56,751 nucleotides of DNA from Rhodanobacter sp. (lineage in GTDB: Bacteria > Pseudomonadota > Gammaproteobacteria > Xanthomonadales > Rhodanobacteraceae). The notes below the pieces were generated by a model. That model saw only the letters and a list, made by a program, of their open reading frames with translations. It did no database searches and was not told the origin of the DNA. Made by a program: the position numbers and the translations under genes. How positions within the stretch are numbered: the first letter of the stretch is position 1; the number at the start of each line of letters is the position of its first letter. This document shows positions 37,901 through 46,815 of this stretch, piece after piece. The stretch covers positions 1-56,751 of the forward strand of contig JBIQMK010000002.1 in the NCBI GenBank assembly GCA_044463365.1, written 5' to 3'.

Positions 37901-38598
37901 AACGCGCGGCCGATGGCCTGCTTTTCAGCGTCAGCGACACCGGCCCCGGCATTCCCGAGGCCAGTCAGGCGCGGCTGTTCGAGCGGTTCGAACAGGAAGC
38001 GGGACCGCAGCGGCGCGCCGGCAGCGGACTGGGCCTGGCCATCTGCCGCGAGCTGGCGGACATGATGGGCGGCAGCATCGAGCTGGAATCACGGCTGGCG
38101 CACGGCAGCATCTTCCGCGTGCGCCTGCCGCTGCCCGAGCCGCCACCGCTGGCCCCGCCGGCCACCGCCAGCAGCGGCAACGATCCCGCGCGCCGGATCC
38201 TGATGGTCGAGGACGACACCATCGTCGCCGCCGTGCTGCGCGGGTTGCTGGAACAGCAGGGCCACGAGGTCTGTCACGTGGCCAACGGGCTGGCGGCGCT
38301 GGCCGAACTGCCGCAGGCGGATTTCGACGTGGTGCTGCTGGACCTGGACCTGCCCGGTGTGGACGGTTTCCAGATCGCGCGACTGATCCGGCAACGCGAG
38401 CCGGCCGGGCGGCGTCTGCCGATCGTGGCGGTGACCGCGCGCTCGGGCAGCGGGGATGAAGCGATGGCGCGCGCCGCCGGCATGGACGGCTTTTTGCGCA
38501 AACCGGTCAGCGGCGAGCAACTGGCCGATGCGCTGGCCCGGTTCGCCACTGTCGACGTCGACACCGATGCCGACGAAGCCGAGCCCAGCCCGGCCTGA
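34978..38598 (+). CDS. Hybrid sensor histidine kinase/response regulator with periplasmic beta-propeller and Y_Y_Y domains
   Basis: Repeated D..G.LW(I/V)G blades; YRFKLTGFD..W; PPW + TM; FLATLSHEIRTPM; NNALKFT, DTGPGI, GSGLGL; receiver LLDLDLPGVDG, KP. Confidence 0.93.
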   Translation: MLAMFLRRAAHAAALLALAANVAHADPASGSRSPAAAPSSANPLPTPQFRRYGVADGLPSGPVYSVAQDRNGLMWFGSAAGLVRYDGVSFKTFRHSDADPASLPANPTYALFVDCENRIWAGGISSGLISYDQRSGRFRQWQHDEAKPDSLSSNEVWSISETTDGTLWVATDDGLDRMRPDGNGFDHLALDSVGEQAPSFGQTRALLADANGKLWIGAKRGLYLRRGDGTVSRVPIDPAFQGDVGTVWHIDGGHGEVRVAVTGGLLIIGADGVARPVANAQLASRRVPSSTRDAQRRLWIGTVDGLLLDAGDGKLQAIPGQPLLPGGLPGSKIWQTALDHEGGLWITFEQSSIAYLPPGWNGFARFTHVPDDPASLSNIAASAILLARDGQLWVGGENGWVDKLDATTGKVQHVVRGVRGQIVWLAEDSRGRLWIASPGELHLFDHGTLMAIDLSQAKLTRPVMLCAAPDDRIYVASWGEGLFVIDPRSHAISPVPLEDPTDEAQFVDQIVCAADGLWYASADGLRRWDPAQQRMALIAGVPRREILTFARDADGLWLAMRGSLGHYRYVGGKAERDDSVDISATPFASVLTDLRIDRSGNLWIFANPGLWQLGKGSRQLKSFGPAQGLTNADFSSGAVAIAPNGMVFAANSGGVVAFQPGRFPASVPAGSPPPLTLANLSVQRDGALQALPRDRSVVSLGWRDRDLRVEMRVASYVNPDANRYRFKLTGFDTGWVDVDHRGERDFAGLPAGDYKLEVMAAGPNGIWGHLATPLHIHVQAPPWARWWAWAIYVAVLALGGGLALRGWRNRMAQRYRLQLIEQQRELAEQASAAKTQFLATLSHEIRTPMTGVMGMAELLLSTPLNAQQHDYAQAMQRSGGMLLKLLNDALDLARIEAGRLELELAPFDPRQLVTDVAQLEQGLAQAKGLRFVLQVDDDLPERVIGDAVRVKQILLNLANNALKFTQRGSVTVRAQRAADGLLFSVSDTGPGIPEASQARLFERFEQEAGPQRRAGSGLGLAICRELADMMGGSIELESRLAHGSIFRVRLPLPEPPPLAPPATASSGNDPARRILMVEDDTIVAAVLRGLLEQQGHEVCHVANGLAALAELPQADFDVVLLDLDLPGVDGFQIARLIRQREPAGRRLPIVAVTARSGSGDEAMARAAGMDGFLRKPVSGEQLADALARFATVDVDTDADEAEPSPA

Positions 38599-38599
38599 G

Positions 38600-39019
38600 C
38601 TACATGTCGAACTTGCGCACCTCGAAGCCGCGCCGCTGGTATTCCTTCCAGCGCGTGCGCGAACCCTCGCGCGCGGACGGATCGGCGGGCACCACCTCCA
38701 GCACCCGCTCGTAGTTGCCGGGCGCGCAGGTGTCGCGCAGGTTCAGCACCAGCGGCCGGTCGGCGGTTTCCAGGCCCAGCGGCACGATCAGCACCGCGGT
38801 GGTCGCATCGTCCTCGTCGCCGGCCAGCTGGTGCGGGATGAAACTGTCCTCGTCGAACGACCACAGCAATTCGTCGACCGCCTCGGCCTGGGCGAAATCG
38901 CGGGTCAGGATCAGCAGCGGCTGCTGCGCCGCAAACGCCTTCTTGGCCAACTCGCACACCAGCAACAGCGGCTGCTCGCGGAAACGGGGTTTGTCGATCA
39001 GGTAGAAATCGGCGCGCAT
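38600..39019 (-). CDS. holC: DNA polymerase III subunit chi
   Basis: MRADFYL, DELLWSFDEDSFIPH, RVLEVV, RTRWKEYQRRG; downstream of pepA. Confidence 0.93.
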   Translation of the reverse strand: MRADFYLIDKPRFREQPLLLVCELAKKAFAAQQPLLILTRDFAQAEAVDELLWSFDEDSFIPHQLAGDEDDATTAVLIVPLGLETADRPLVLNLRDTCAPGNYERVLEVVPADPSAREGSRTRWKEYQRRGFEVRKFDM

Positions 39020-39025
39020 TGGGCA

Positions 39026-39116
39026 GGGAATCGGGAATGGGGAATCGGGAATAGTAAACAACAATCCCGCCGTCACCCCGGCTTTTCCCATTCCCTATTC
39101 CCCATTCCCTATTCCC
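39026..39116. repeat. Inverted arrays of GGGAATN heptamers
   Basis: gggaatc gggaatg gggaatc gggaata (39026-39053) and cattccc tattccc cattccc tattccc (39089-39116). Confidence 0.88.
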
Positions 39117-40593
39117 TATCCAGCAGCCACTGCGCTAGCAACGCCACCGGCCGGCCTGTGGCCAGACCCTTGCGACCTTCATCCCAGGCGGTGCCGGCGA
39201 TGTCCAGATGGGCCCAGCGCTGGCCTTCGGTGAAGCGCGACAGGAAGCAGCCGGCGGTGACGGCACCGGCGCTCTTGCCGCCGATGTTGGCGACGTCGGC
39301 GAAGCCGGAGTCGAGCTGGCTCTGGTAGTCGTCCCACAGCGGCAGGCGCCAGGCGCGGTCGAGGGTTTCCTCGCCGGCGGCCAGCAACTCGGCGGCCAGG
39401 TCGTCGTGTTTGCTCATCAGGCCGCTGGCGTGTTTGCCCAACGCCACCACGCAGGCGCCGGTGAGCGTGGCCGCGTCGACGATGGCCTGTGGCTTGAATT
39501 GCTGCGCCGTCCAGGTCAGCGCGTCGCACAGGATCAGCCGGCCCTCGGCGTCGGTGTTGAGCACTTCGATGGTGAGGCCGGACAGGCTGGTGAGTACGTC
39601 GCTGGGGCGGTAGCTGTCGCCGCCGGGCATGTTCTCCACGCTGGGCACCACGCAGACCAGGTTGAGCTTCAGACCCATCTTCACCGCGGCCACGAACGCG
39701 CCCAGCACGCCGGCGGCGCCGCCCATGTCGAACTTCATTTCCTCCATGCCGGCGCCGGGCTTCAGGCTGATGCCGCCGGAATCGAAGGTGACACCCTTGC
39801 CGACCAGCGCGTAGGGCTTGTCGCCCTCGCTGCCCCCCTTGTATTCCAGCGCAATCAATCGCGGCTTGTTGACCGAGCCGCGGGCCACCGCCAGCAACGA
39901 CCCGAAGCCCAGTTTCTCCATCTCCACTTCATCGAGCACGGTGCAGCTGACCTGCGCCTGCCCGTTGGCGAAGGCCTGCGCCTGCTCGGCGATATGGACG
40001 GGGTTGCAGATGTTCGGCGGCAGGTTGGCCAGGTCGCGCGCGAAACGCACACCTTCGGCGATGGCGCGCGCCTGATCCAGTCCGGCCTGGGCGTCGTCGT
40101 TGGCGGCGAAGGTGACCGTGGCCAGCTTGGGCAGCGGGTTCTTGTCGCGCGGCTTGAATGTGGCGGTGTAGCGGTACGCGGCGTAGTCGGCCGCCAGCGC
40201 CGCGATGCGCACGCGCCAGGCGCTGTCGCGGCCGGGCACGTCCACTTCGGTGAGATAGGACACCGCGTCGGTCACCGGCGACTTCGCCAGCGCACGCACC
40301 GCATCGACACAGGCCTTGCGGAAGCGGGCGCCGTCGAACGATTTCTGCGCGCCCAGGCCCACCACCAGCACGCGTTTCGCGCTGATGCCCGCCGGCGCGA
40401 AAATCAGCACACAGCTGCCGGCCTTGCCGCTGATGTCGCCGCTCTCCACCTGGTGCCGGATGGCGCCGGCCGCGGCGGCATCGAGCCGCGCGGCGGCGTC
40501 GGTAAGCACTCCTTGTTCGTAGACGCCCACGATCACGCAGGCGCTGTCGACGGTTTCGGGCGCGGTGGCGCCAAGGCTGAACTGCAATGTCAT
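39109..40593 (-). CDS. pepA: Leucyl aminopeptidase (M17)
   Basis: [46 protein letters not shown]. Confidence 0.97.
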   Translation of the reverse strand: MTLQFSLGATAPETVDSACVIVGVYEQGVLTDAAARLDAAAAGAIRHQVESGDISGKAGSCVLIFAPAGISAKRVLVVGLGAQKSFDGARFRKACVDAVRALAKSPVTDAVSYLTEVDVPGRDSAWRVRIAALAADYAAYRYTATFKPRDKNPLPKLATVTFAANDDAQAGLDQARAIAEGVRFARDLANLPPNICNPVHIAEQAQAFANGQAQVSCTVLDEVEMEKLGFGSLLAVARGSVNKPRLIALEYKGGSEGDKPYALVGKGVTFDSGGISLKPGAGMEEMKFDMGGAAGVLGAFVAAVKMGLKLNLVCVVPSVENMPGGDSYRPSDVLTSLSGLTIEVLNTDAEGRLILCDALTWTAQQFKPQAIVDAATLTGACVVALGKHASGLMSKHDDLAAELLAAGEETLDRAWRLPLWDDYQSQLDSGFADVANIGGKSAGAVTAGCFLSRFTEGQRWAHLDIAGTAWDEGRKGLATGRPVALLAQWLLDRE

Positions 40594-40691
40594 CGGAAGA
40601 TTCCTGCGTGGGACCGGCGTGGGCCGGACAGGCTAAACTCGCGGTTTGCCGGCCGGTCTGGGCACGGCTGGAGAGCGGATTAGTCTATCGC

Positions 40692-41807
40692 ATGCTGAGC
40701 ATCCTCGACCGCTATTTCCTGCGTGAACTGGCGCAGACCGTGGCCGCCACCGTGGTGGTATTGCTGGTGATCGTGGCCGGCAGCGCGTTCGCCCGCGTGT
40801 TGCAGCAAGTGGCCGGCGGCAGCTTTCCCGCCAGCGTGATGTTCCAGGTGCTGGGGCTGCGCACGCTCGACGGGCTCACCAACATGCTGCCGCTGGCCAG
40901 CTTCATCGGCGTGCTGATGGGCCTGGGCCGGATGTACCGCGAAAGCGAAATGCACGTGCTGGCGTCGTCGGGCATGGGCGCGGGCGGCTTGTTGAAACCC
41001 GTGCTGTTGCTGAGCGGCGTACTGGTGGTGATCACCGCCGTGGTGTCGCTGTGGCTGGGGCCGTGGGCGGTGCGCACCAGCGACCTGATGGTGGCCGCCG
41101 CCAATCGTTCGGTGATCGCGGTGGGGCTGGACGCGGGCCGCTTCACCGATCTGCCGGGCAAGGGCGGCATCATTTTCGTCGAGAGCCTGAACCGCGATGG
41201 CAGCCAGTTGGGACGCACGTTCGTGGCCACCCAGCGCGACGGCGAGGGCCAGCCGCACATCAAGCTGATCAGCGCGGCCAGCGGCCGGTTGTACCAGGAA
41301 AGCGATGGCGGCAATCGCTTCATCGCCTTCGAGAAGGGTTGGCAATACGACATTCCGCTGGGCACGGACGACTGGCGCAGCATGCACTACGCGCGCAACG
41401 ACACCGCGCTTTCCGACGTGCAGGGCGATGAGGACGACGATCCCGTACACGCGCTGGACAGCTGGGCGCTGGCCCGCAGCGACGCCCCCGACGCGCGCGC
41501 CGAATTCGCCTGGCGCTCCAATGCGCCGGCGTTGACCCTGGTGCTGTTGCTGCTGGCGGTGCCGCTGTCGCGGCAGAACCCGCGCGAGCCACGCTACGGC
41601 CGGCTGCTGCTGGCTGTGATCATCTTCTACCTGTACTACCTGCTGCTGGCCATGGGCCGCGCGCAGATCGGCAAGGGCCACTGGCACAACCAGGCGCCGT
41701 TGTGGGGGCTGCACCTGCTGGTGGTGCTGTTCGCCGCATGGTTGCTGTGGAAGCAGTACAGCCCGCGCAAAACCGCCACCTTGCGGCCCGCCGCGGGCAA
41801 CGCATGA
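40692..41807 (+). CDS. lptF: LPS export ABC permease LptF
   Basis: ILDRYFLRE, LGRMYRESEM, PLSRQNPR; divergent from pepA. Confidence 0.93.
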   Translation: MLSILDRYFLRELAQTVAATVVVLLVIVAGSAFARVLQQVAGGSFPASVMFQVLGLRTLDGLTNMLPLASFIGVLMGLGRMYRESEMHVLASSGMGAGGLLKPVLLLSGVLVVITAVVSLWLGPWAVRTSDLMVAAANRSVIAVGLDAGRFTDLPGKGGIIFVESLNRDGSQLGRTFVATQRDGEGQPHIKLISAASGRLYQESDGGNRFIAFEKGWQYDIPLGTDDWRSMHYARNDTALSDVQGDEDDDPVHALDSWALARSDAPDARAEFAWRSNAPALTLVLLLLAVPLSRQNPREPRYGRLLLAVIIFYLYYLLLAMGRAQIGKGHWHNQAPLWGLHLLVVLFAAWLLWKQYSPRKTATLRPAAGNA

Positions 41808-42895
41808 GCGCGTTCACGATCAAGCGGGTGGATCGGCTGGTGGGCATGAGCGTGCTCGGCTCGCTGCTGATGGTGTGGCTGGTGCTGACCGGTTTCGACG
41901 CCATGACCCAGCTGGTGCGCCAGCTGCACAACGTGGGCAAGAACGGCTACACGCTCGACAACGCCATCGTCTACGTGCTGGTGACCTTTCCCCGCCGCGC
42001 CTACGAGATGTTCGGCAACGCCGCCCTGATCGGCGGCCTGCTCGGTCTGGGCGGGCTGGCGTCCACCGGCGAGCTGACGGCGCTGCGGGCGGCAGGCATG
42101 TCGCGCCTGCGCATTGCCGCGTCCGCCGCCGGCGTCGTTGCCGTGCTGATCGTGGGTGTGGTGCTGCTGGGCGAAACGGCTGCGCCGTGGGGCGACCAGC
42201 AGGCGCAGGCGATGCAGCTGCGGCTGAAAGCCGGCAACCTGGGCATGGCCACCAACAGCGGCCTGTGGGCGCGCGACGGCAACAGCATCGTCAATGCCAA
42301 GGCCGCCATGCTGAGCGCACGGGGCACCGTGCAACTGGCGGACGTACGCGTGTTCACCATGGCGGACGACGGCCAGCTCCGCCGCTTCGACTGGGCGCGC
42401 ACGGCCGAGCACGAAGGCCGCCAGTGGATGCTGCACGACGTGCGCACCAGCGTGCTTGATGCGCAGGGCGTGCACAGCCGCAAGAGCGACAGCCAGCCAT
42501 GGCAGTCGAACCTCGACCCGCAGGTGCTGGCGCAGAACATGATCCAGCCGCAGTACCTGTCGATGCGGGATCTGCTCAGCAACATGGCCTACAAGGAGCG
42601 CAACGGCGAAAGCCCCGGCAGCTACGCGGTGGCGTTCTGGGGCCGCGCCCTGTATCCGCTCAACGTGCTGGTATTGGTGCTGTGCGCGATGCCGTTCGCG
42701 TTCGGCACCTTGCGTTCGGGCGGCCTGGGGAAGCGCATGTTCGTGGGCATGCTGCTGGCCATCGGCTGGTATTTCCTGCAGCAGGCGCTGGTCAACTTCG
42801 GCACCGTCTACGGCGTGCCCGCGCTGCCGGCCAACCTGCTGCCGGCGATCGTGCTGGCGTTGGGCGCCTGGTTCTATTTCCGCCGCAGCGCCTGA
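41804..42895 (+). CDS. lptG: LPS export ABC permease LptG
   Basis: LGGLASTGELTALRAAGMS, GLWARDG, FGTLRSGG; ATGA overlap with lptF. Confidence 0.93.
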   Translation: MSAFTIKRVDRLVGMSVLGSLLMVWLVLTGFDAMTQLVRQLHNVGKNGYTLDNAIVYVLVTFPRRAYEMFGNAALIGGLLGLGGLASTGELTALRAAGMSRLRIAASAAGVVAVLIVGVVLLGETAAPWGDQQAQAMQLRLKAGNLGMATNSGLWARDGNSIVNAKAAMLSARGTVQLADVRVFTMADDGQLRRFDWARTAEHEGRQWMLHDVRTSVLDAQGVHSRKSDSQPWQSNLDPQVLAQNMIQPQYLSMRDLLSNMAYKERNGESPGSYAVAFWGRALYPLNVLVLVLCAMPFAFGTLRSGGLGKRMFVGMLLAIGWYFLQQALVNFGTVYGVPALPANLLPAIVLALGAWFYFRRSA

Positions 42896-42918
42896 TCGCA
42901 CGGCCCGGCGATAGCTCA

Positions 42919-42931
42919 CAAGCCATTGAAA
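42919..42931 (-). promoter_or_regulatory. Possible IHF site upstream of the T6SS operon
   Basis: Minus strand TTTCAA-TGGC-TTG versus consensus WATCAANNNNTTR (one mismatch), in an A-rich patch. Confidence 0.3.
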
Positions 42932-43288
42932 AACAAGTGAAAAGAAGGCGGTTAGCGCCTTCTCGACGCCGCTTGCATGGCTTTCGTCCATGAATGTAAG
43001 CTAAACGAGTCGTGGGGAGCTGACCGGATTCTGGCCGGATACGCGCAGTAGCAGGTGGAGCGACATTTTTGCGTGAAGCCGCTCTCTTGCGGCACGTTCC
43101 GCGGGCCGCCAACGGCGGTTTGCGGTGCGGACGTGATGTAGACGCATAGAACGAGGGGACATCGGGGGGACTGGCACGTCGAGAGTGTGGTCGCGGACGC
43201 ATGGCGCCGCGCCGCGGGTCCATGCGCCCGAATGCCGGAAGCCCCGCCCCCAGCAACAAGTTGCCCTTCCTCTGAGGAGACAAAAAGC

Positions 43289-43801
43289 ATGGCCAAGCAG
43301 AGTAGTCAGAAGTTCATCGCCAGAAACAGGGCGCCGCGCGTGCAGATCGAGTACGACGTCGAGGTCTACGGCGCGCAGAAGAAAGTCCAGGTGCCGTTCG
43401 TGATGGGCGTGATGTCGGACCTGTCCGGCGTCAACAACAGCGAGCTGCCGTCGATCGAGGAGCGCAAGGCACTGGAGATCGACGTCGACAATTTCGACAA
43501 CCGCCTGCAGTCGATGAAGCCGCGCGTGTCCTTCGCCGTACCCAACACGCTGACCGGCGAGGGCAACCTCAACGTGGACATCACCTTCGAGAGCATGGAC
43601 GACTTCTCGCCCGCCGCCGTGGCCCGCAAGGTCGCGCCCGTGGCCAAGCTGCTGGAGGCACGCACCCAGCTGGCCAACCTCGGCACCTACATGGACGGCA
43701 AGGCCGGTGCGGAGAAGCTGATCGCCCAGGCCATCAACGACCCCGCATTGCTGCAATCGCTGGTATCGGCGGCCAAGCCCGCCGACACGGACGGAGAGTA
43801 A
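43289..43801 (+). CDS. tssB: T6SS sheath small subunit TssB
   Basis: RBS gaggag; SSQKFIARNRAPRVQIEYDVE, PFVMGVMSDLSG, DDFSP. Confidence 0.96.
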   Translation: MAKQSSQKFIARNRAPRVQIEYDVEVYGAQKKVQVPFVMGVMSDLSGVNNSELPSIEERKALEIDVDNFDNRLQSMKPRVSFAVPNTLTGEGNLNVDITFESMDDFSPAAVARKVAPVAKLLEARTQLANLGTYMDGKAGAEKLIAQAINDPALLQSLVSAAKPADTDGE

Positions 43802-43805
43802 ACAC

Positions 43806-45299
43806 ATGGCAACCGAAACACAGGCCGAACAGGGCGGCGCCACCGAAACCCTCGAAGCGGGCGACTTCGCCGCGCTGCTGAGCAAGGAATTCAAACCCAA
43901 GAGCGAGCGCGCCAAGGAGGAAGTCGAATCCGCCGTGCGCACGCTGGCCGAGCAGGTGCTGAACAAGGCCGACATCGTCTCCGACGACGTCACCCAGACC
44001 ATCAACGCCTACATCGCCGAGATCGACCGCAAGCTCAGCGAGCAGATCAACCAGATCATGCATCACGCCGATTTCCAGAAGCTGGAAAGCGCCTGGCGCG
44101 GCCTGCACCACCTGGTCAACAACACCGAGACGGACCAGCAGCTGAAGATCCGCGTGATGAACATCTCCAAGAAGGAGCTGGGCAAGACGCTGAAACGCTA
44201 CAAGGGCACCGCGTGGGACCAGAGCCCGATCTTCAAGAAGATGTACGAAGAGGAATACGGCCAGCTCGGCGGCGAGCCGTACGGTTGCCTGGTCGGCGAC
44301 TACTACTTCGACCACAGCCCGCCCGACGTGGAGCTGCTCAGCGGCATCGCCCAGGTGGCGGCGGCGGCGCATGCGCCGTTCATCGCGGCGGCCAACTCGA
44401 CGCTGATGGGCATGGACAGCTGGAACGAGCTCTCCAACCCGCGCGACCTGGCCAAGGTGTTCTCGACGCCCGATTACGCCGCCTGGCGTTCGCTGCGCGA
44501 ATCGGATGATTCCAAGTACCTGGCCCTGGCCATGCCGCGCACGCTGTCGCGCCTGCCGTACGGCGCGGCCACCAACCCGGTCGAGGAGTTCAACTTCGAG
44601 GAGGACACCGCCGGTGCCGATTCCTCCAAGTACACCTGGCAGAACGCGGCGTATTCGATGGCGGTCAACATCAACCGCTCGTTCAAGGCCTACGGCTGGT
44701 GCTCGCGCATCCGCGGCATCGAGTCCGGCGGCGCGGTGGAGGGCCTGCCGGCGCATACCTTCCCCACCGACGACGGCGGTGTGGACATGAAGTGCCCCAC
44801 CGAGATCGCGATCACCGATCGCCGCTCGGCCGAACTGGACAAGATGGGCCTGATGCCGCTGGTGCATCGCAAGAACTCCGACATGGCCGCCTTCATCAGC
44901 GCGCAGTCGCTGAACAAGCCGGAGGAGTACGACGATCCCGACGCCACCGCCAACGCCGCCCTCGGCGCGCGCCTGCCGTACATGTTCGCCTGCTGCCGCT
45001 TCGCGCATTACCTGAAGTGCATCGTGCGCGACAAGATCGGTTCGTTCAGCAGCCGCGAGCAGATGCAGAACTGGCTGACCAACTGGGTCACCAACTACAT
45101 CGACGGCGACCCGGCCAACTCCAGCGAAGAGACCAAGGCACGCAAGCCGCTGTCGGCGGCCGAGGTGGTGGTGGAGGAAGTGGAAGGCGCGCCGGGGTAC
45201 TACACCTCGAAGTTCTACCTCAAGCCGCATTACCAGCTCGAGGGCCTGACGGTGTCGCTGCGACTGGTTTCGCGCCTGCCCTCCGCGGCCAAGGCCTGA
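43806..45299 (+). CDS. tssC: T6SS sheath large subunit TssC
   Basis: FQKLESAWRGL, EEYGQLGGEPYG, AHAPF, KCPTEIAI, RDKIGS, PHYQLEGL. Confidence 0.97.
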   Translation: MATETQAEQGGATETLEAGDFAALLSKEFKPKSERAKEEVESAVRTLAEQVLNKADIVSDDVTQTINAYIAEIDRKLSEQINQIMHHADFQKLESAWRGLHHLVNNTETDQQLKIRVMNISKKELGKTLKRYKGTAWDQSPIFKKMYEEEYGQLGGEPYGCLVGDYYFDHSPPDVELLSGIAQVAAAAHAPFIAAANSTLMGMDSWNELSNPRDLAKVFSTPDYAAWRSLRESDDSKYLALAMPRTLSRLPYGAATNPVEEFNFEEDTAGADSSKYTWQNAAYSMAVNINRSFKAYGWCSRIRGIESGGAVEGLPAHTFPTDDGGVDMKCPTEIAITDRRSAELDKMGLMPLVHRKNSDMAAFISAQSLNKPEEYDDPDATANAALGARLPYMFACCRFAHYLKCIVRDKIGSFSSREQMQNWLTNWVTNYIDGDPANSSEETKARKPLSAAEVVVEEVEGAPGYYTSKFYLKPHYQLEGLTVSLRLVSRLPSAAKA

Positions 45300-45418
45300 T
45301 ACCCGGCGTCGAGCCACGGTTCAAATGATGTACCCGCGACAGGAGCATCGATCGCGTCGAGCGCAGGTCTCGGTCGGACGGTAATCCTTTATCAAACAGG
45401 AAACAGAGGAGAGGTTTC

Positions 45419-45919
45419 ATGGCATTTGACATGCACATCAAGTTCGGCAAGGGCAAGGTCGAGATCAAGGGCACTTCCACCCATGCCAAGCACAAGGACG
45501 AGATCCCGGTGTTGGCGTGGTCGTGGGGTGCGTCCAACTCCGGCAACCTGCACCAGGGCGGTGGCGGTGGCGGCGGCAAGGCCAACGTCCAGGACATTTC
45601 GCTCACCAAGTACGTGGACGGCAGCTCCAACGTGCTGTTGAACGCCGTCTGCACCGGCGCCCGCGTCGAGCAGGCCTGGCTGTACGTCACCAACGCCACC
45701 GGTGAGCAGACCGACTTCCTCACCATCGAGCTGAGCGAAGGCGTGCTGATCACCTCGTTGAGCACCGGCGGCAGCGGCGGCGAAGACAAGCTGACCGAAA
45801 ACATCACCCTGCACTTCGGCAAGTTCAAGTTCATGTACCAGCCGCAGAAGGACGACGGCTCCAAGGATGGCGGTACCAAGGACTTCACCTACGACATGCA
45901 GAAGGTCGCCGCGGCCTGA
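45419..45919 (+). CDS. hcp: T6SS tube protein Hcp (TssD)
   Basis: IKGTS..HKDEI..WSWG, GGGGGKANVQDISLTKYVD, ENITLHF. Confidence 0.95.
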   Translation: MAFDMHIKFGKGKVEIKGTSTHAKHKDEIPVLAWSWGASNSGNLHQGGGGGGGKANVQDISLTKYVDGSSNVLLNAVCTGARVEQAWLYVTNATGEQTDFLTIELSEGVLITSLSTGGSGGEDKLTENITLHFGKFKFMYQPQKDDGSKDGGTKDFTYDMQKVAAA

Positions 45920-45926
45920 TGTACCA

Positions 45927-45962
45927 CCCTGCTGGCCCGGCTTCGGGCCAGCAGGGCGTTTG
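45927..45962 (+). terminator. Hairpin after hcp (partial terminator/stabiliser)
   Basis: 13-bp perfect stem ccctgctggcccg-gctt-cgggccagcaggg followed by cgtttg. Confidence 0.6.
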
Positions 45963-45999
45963 TCCCGACTTCGTTCTCCCTATCCAGTGGTGATTGATC

Positions 46000-46797
46000 G
46001 TGGATGCAGACCCCCAGAACCTGCTGCAAGCCGGCCGGGTAAACGAGGCATTGCAGCAGCTGACGGCGCAGGTGCGCGGCAAGCCTGCCGATGCCAAGTC
46101 CCGCGTGTTCCTGTTCCAGTTGCTTGCCTTGCTGGGCCAGTGGGAGCGGGCGCAGAACCAGTTGAACGTCAGCGGCGAGCTCGATCCCGGCAATACGCTG
46201 ATGGTCAATGCCTACACCCAGGCGCTGCAGGGCGAGCTGATGCGCGCGCAGGTCGTGGAAGGCGAGCGTTCGCCCTCGTTGATTGGCGAACCCGAACAAT
46301 GGATGGCGCTGCTGCTGCAGGCGTTCAAGCTGGATGCCCAGGGCAGGCACCCGCAGGCGGCACCGCTGCGCGAGCAGGCGTTCGAGCAGGCGCCGGCCGT
46401 GGCCGGCCGTATCGATGACACGCCGTTCGAGTGGATCGCCGATGCCGATCCGCGGTTTGGCCCGTGCCTGGAGCTCGTCGTCAACGGCGGCTACGCCTGG
46501 GTCCCGTTTGCGCGTTTGCAGACGCTGAAATTCGAATCGCCCACCGATCTGCGCGACAAGGTGTGGGCGCCGGTACAGATCACCTGGACCAACGGCGGCC
46601 AGGCCGTGGGCTTCATCCCTTGCCGCTATCCCGATTCGGAGCGCTCCGCCGACAGCGACGTGGTGCTGGCGCGCAAGACGGACTGGCTGAGCCCCGCCGA
46701 CGACTTCTACGTGGGCTCCGGACAGCGCATGTTCGCCACCGATGCCGGCGAATACCCCTTGCTGGACGTCCGCACCATTTCCTTCGACAGCGTTTGA
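46000..46797 (+). CDS. tagJ: T6SS accessory protein TagJ (ImpE/SciE)
   Basis: LFQLLALLGQWERA, FEWIADADPRFGP, DLRDKVW, IPCRYP, GSGQR; GTG start chosen (TTG 45994 alternative). Confidence 0.9.
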   Translation: MDADPQNLLQAGRVNEALQQLTAQVRGKPADAKSRVFLFQLLALLGQWERAQNQLNVSGELDPGNTLMVNAYTQALQGELMRAQVVEGERSPSLIGEPEQWMALLLQAFKLDAQGRHPQAAPLREQAFEQAPAVAGRIDDTPFEWIADADPRFGPCLELVVNGGYAWVPFARLQTLKFESPTDLRDKVWAPVQITWTNGGQAVGFIPCRYPDSERSADSDVVLARKTDWLSPADDFYVGSGQRMFATDAGEYPLLDVRTISFDSV

Positions 46798-46815
46798 CCA
46801 GGGCGTACGCGAGCC

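Noticed and set aside
39026-39116. Repeat arrays as a CRISPR
   Set aside because: Tandem 7-mers without spacers, and no cas genes in the window.
43030-43190. Sigma54 promoter for the T6SS (tggcac at ~43172)
   Set aside because: No TTGC at the required -12 spacing.
45557-45577. GGY codon run in hcp as a variable repeat
   Set aside because: Encodes the normal Gly-rich loop of this Hcp type.
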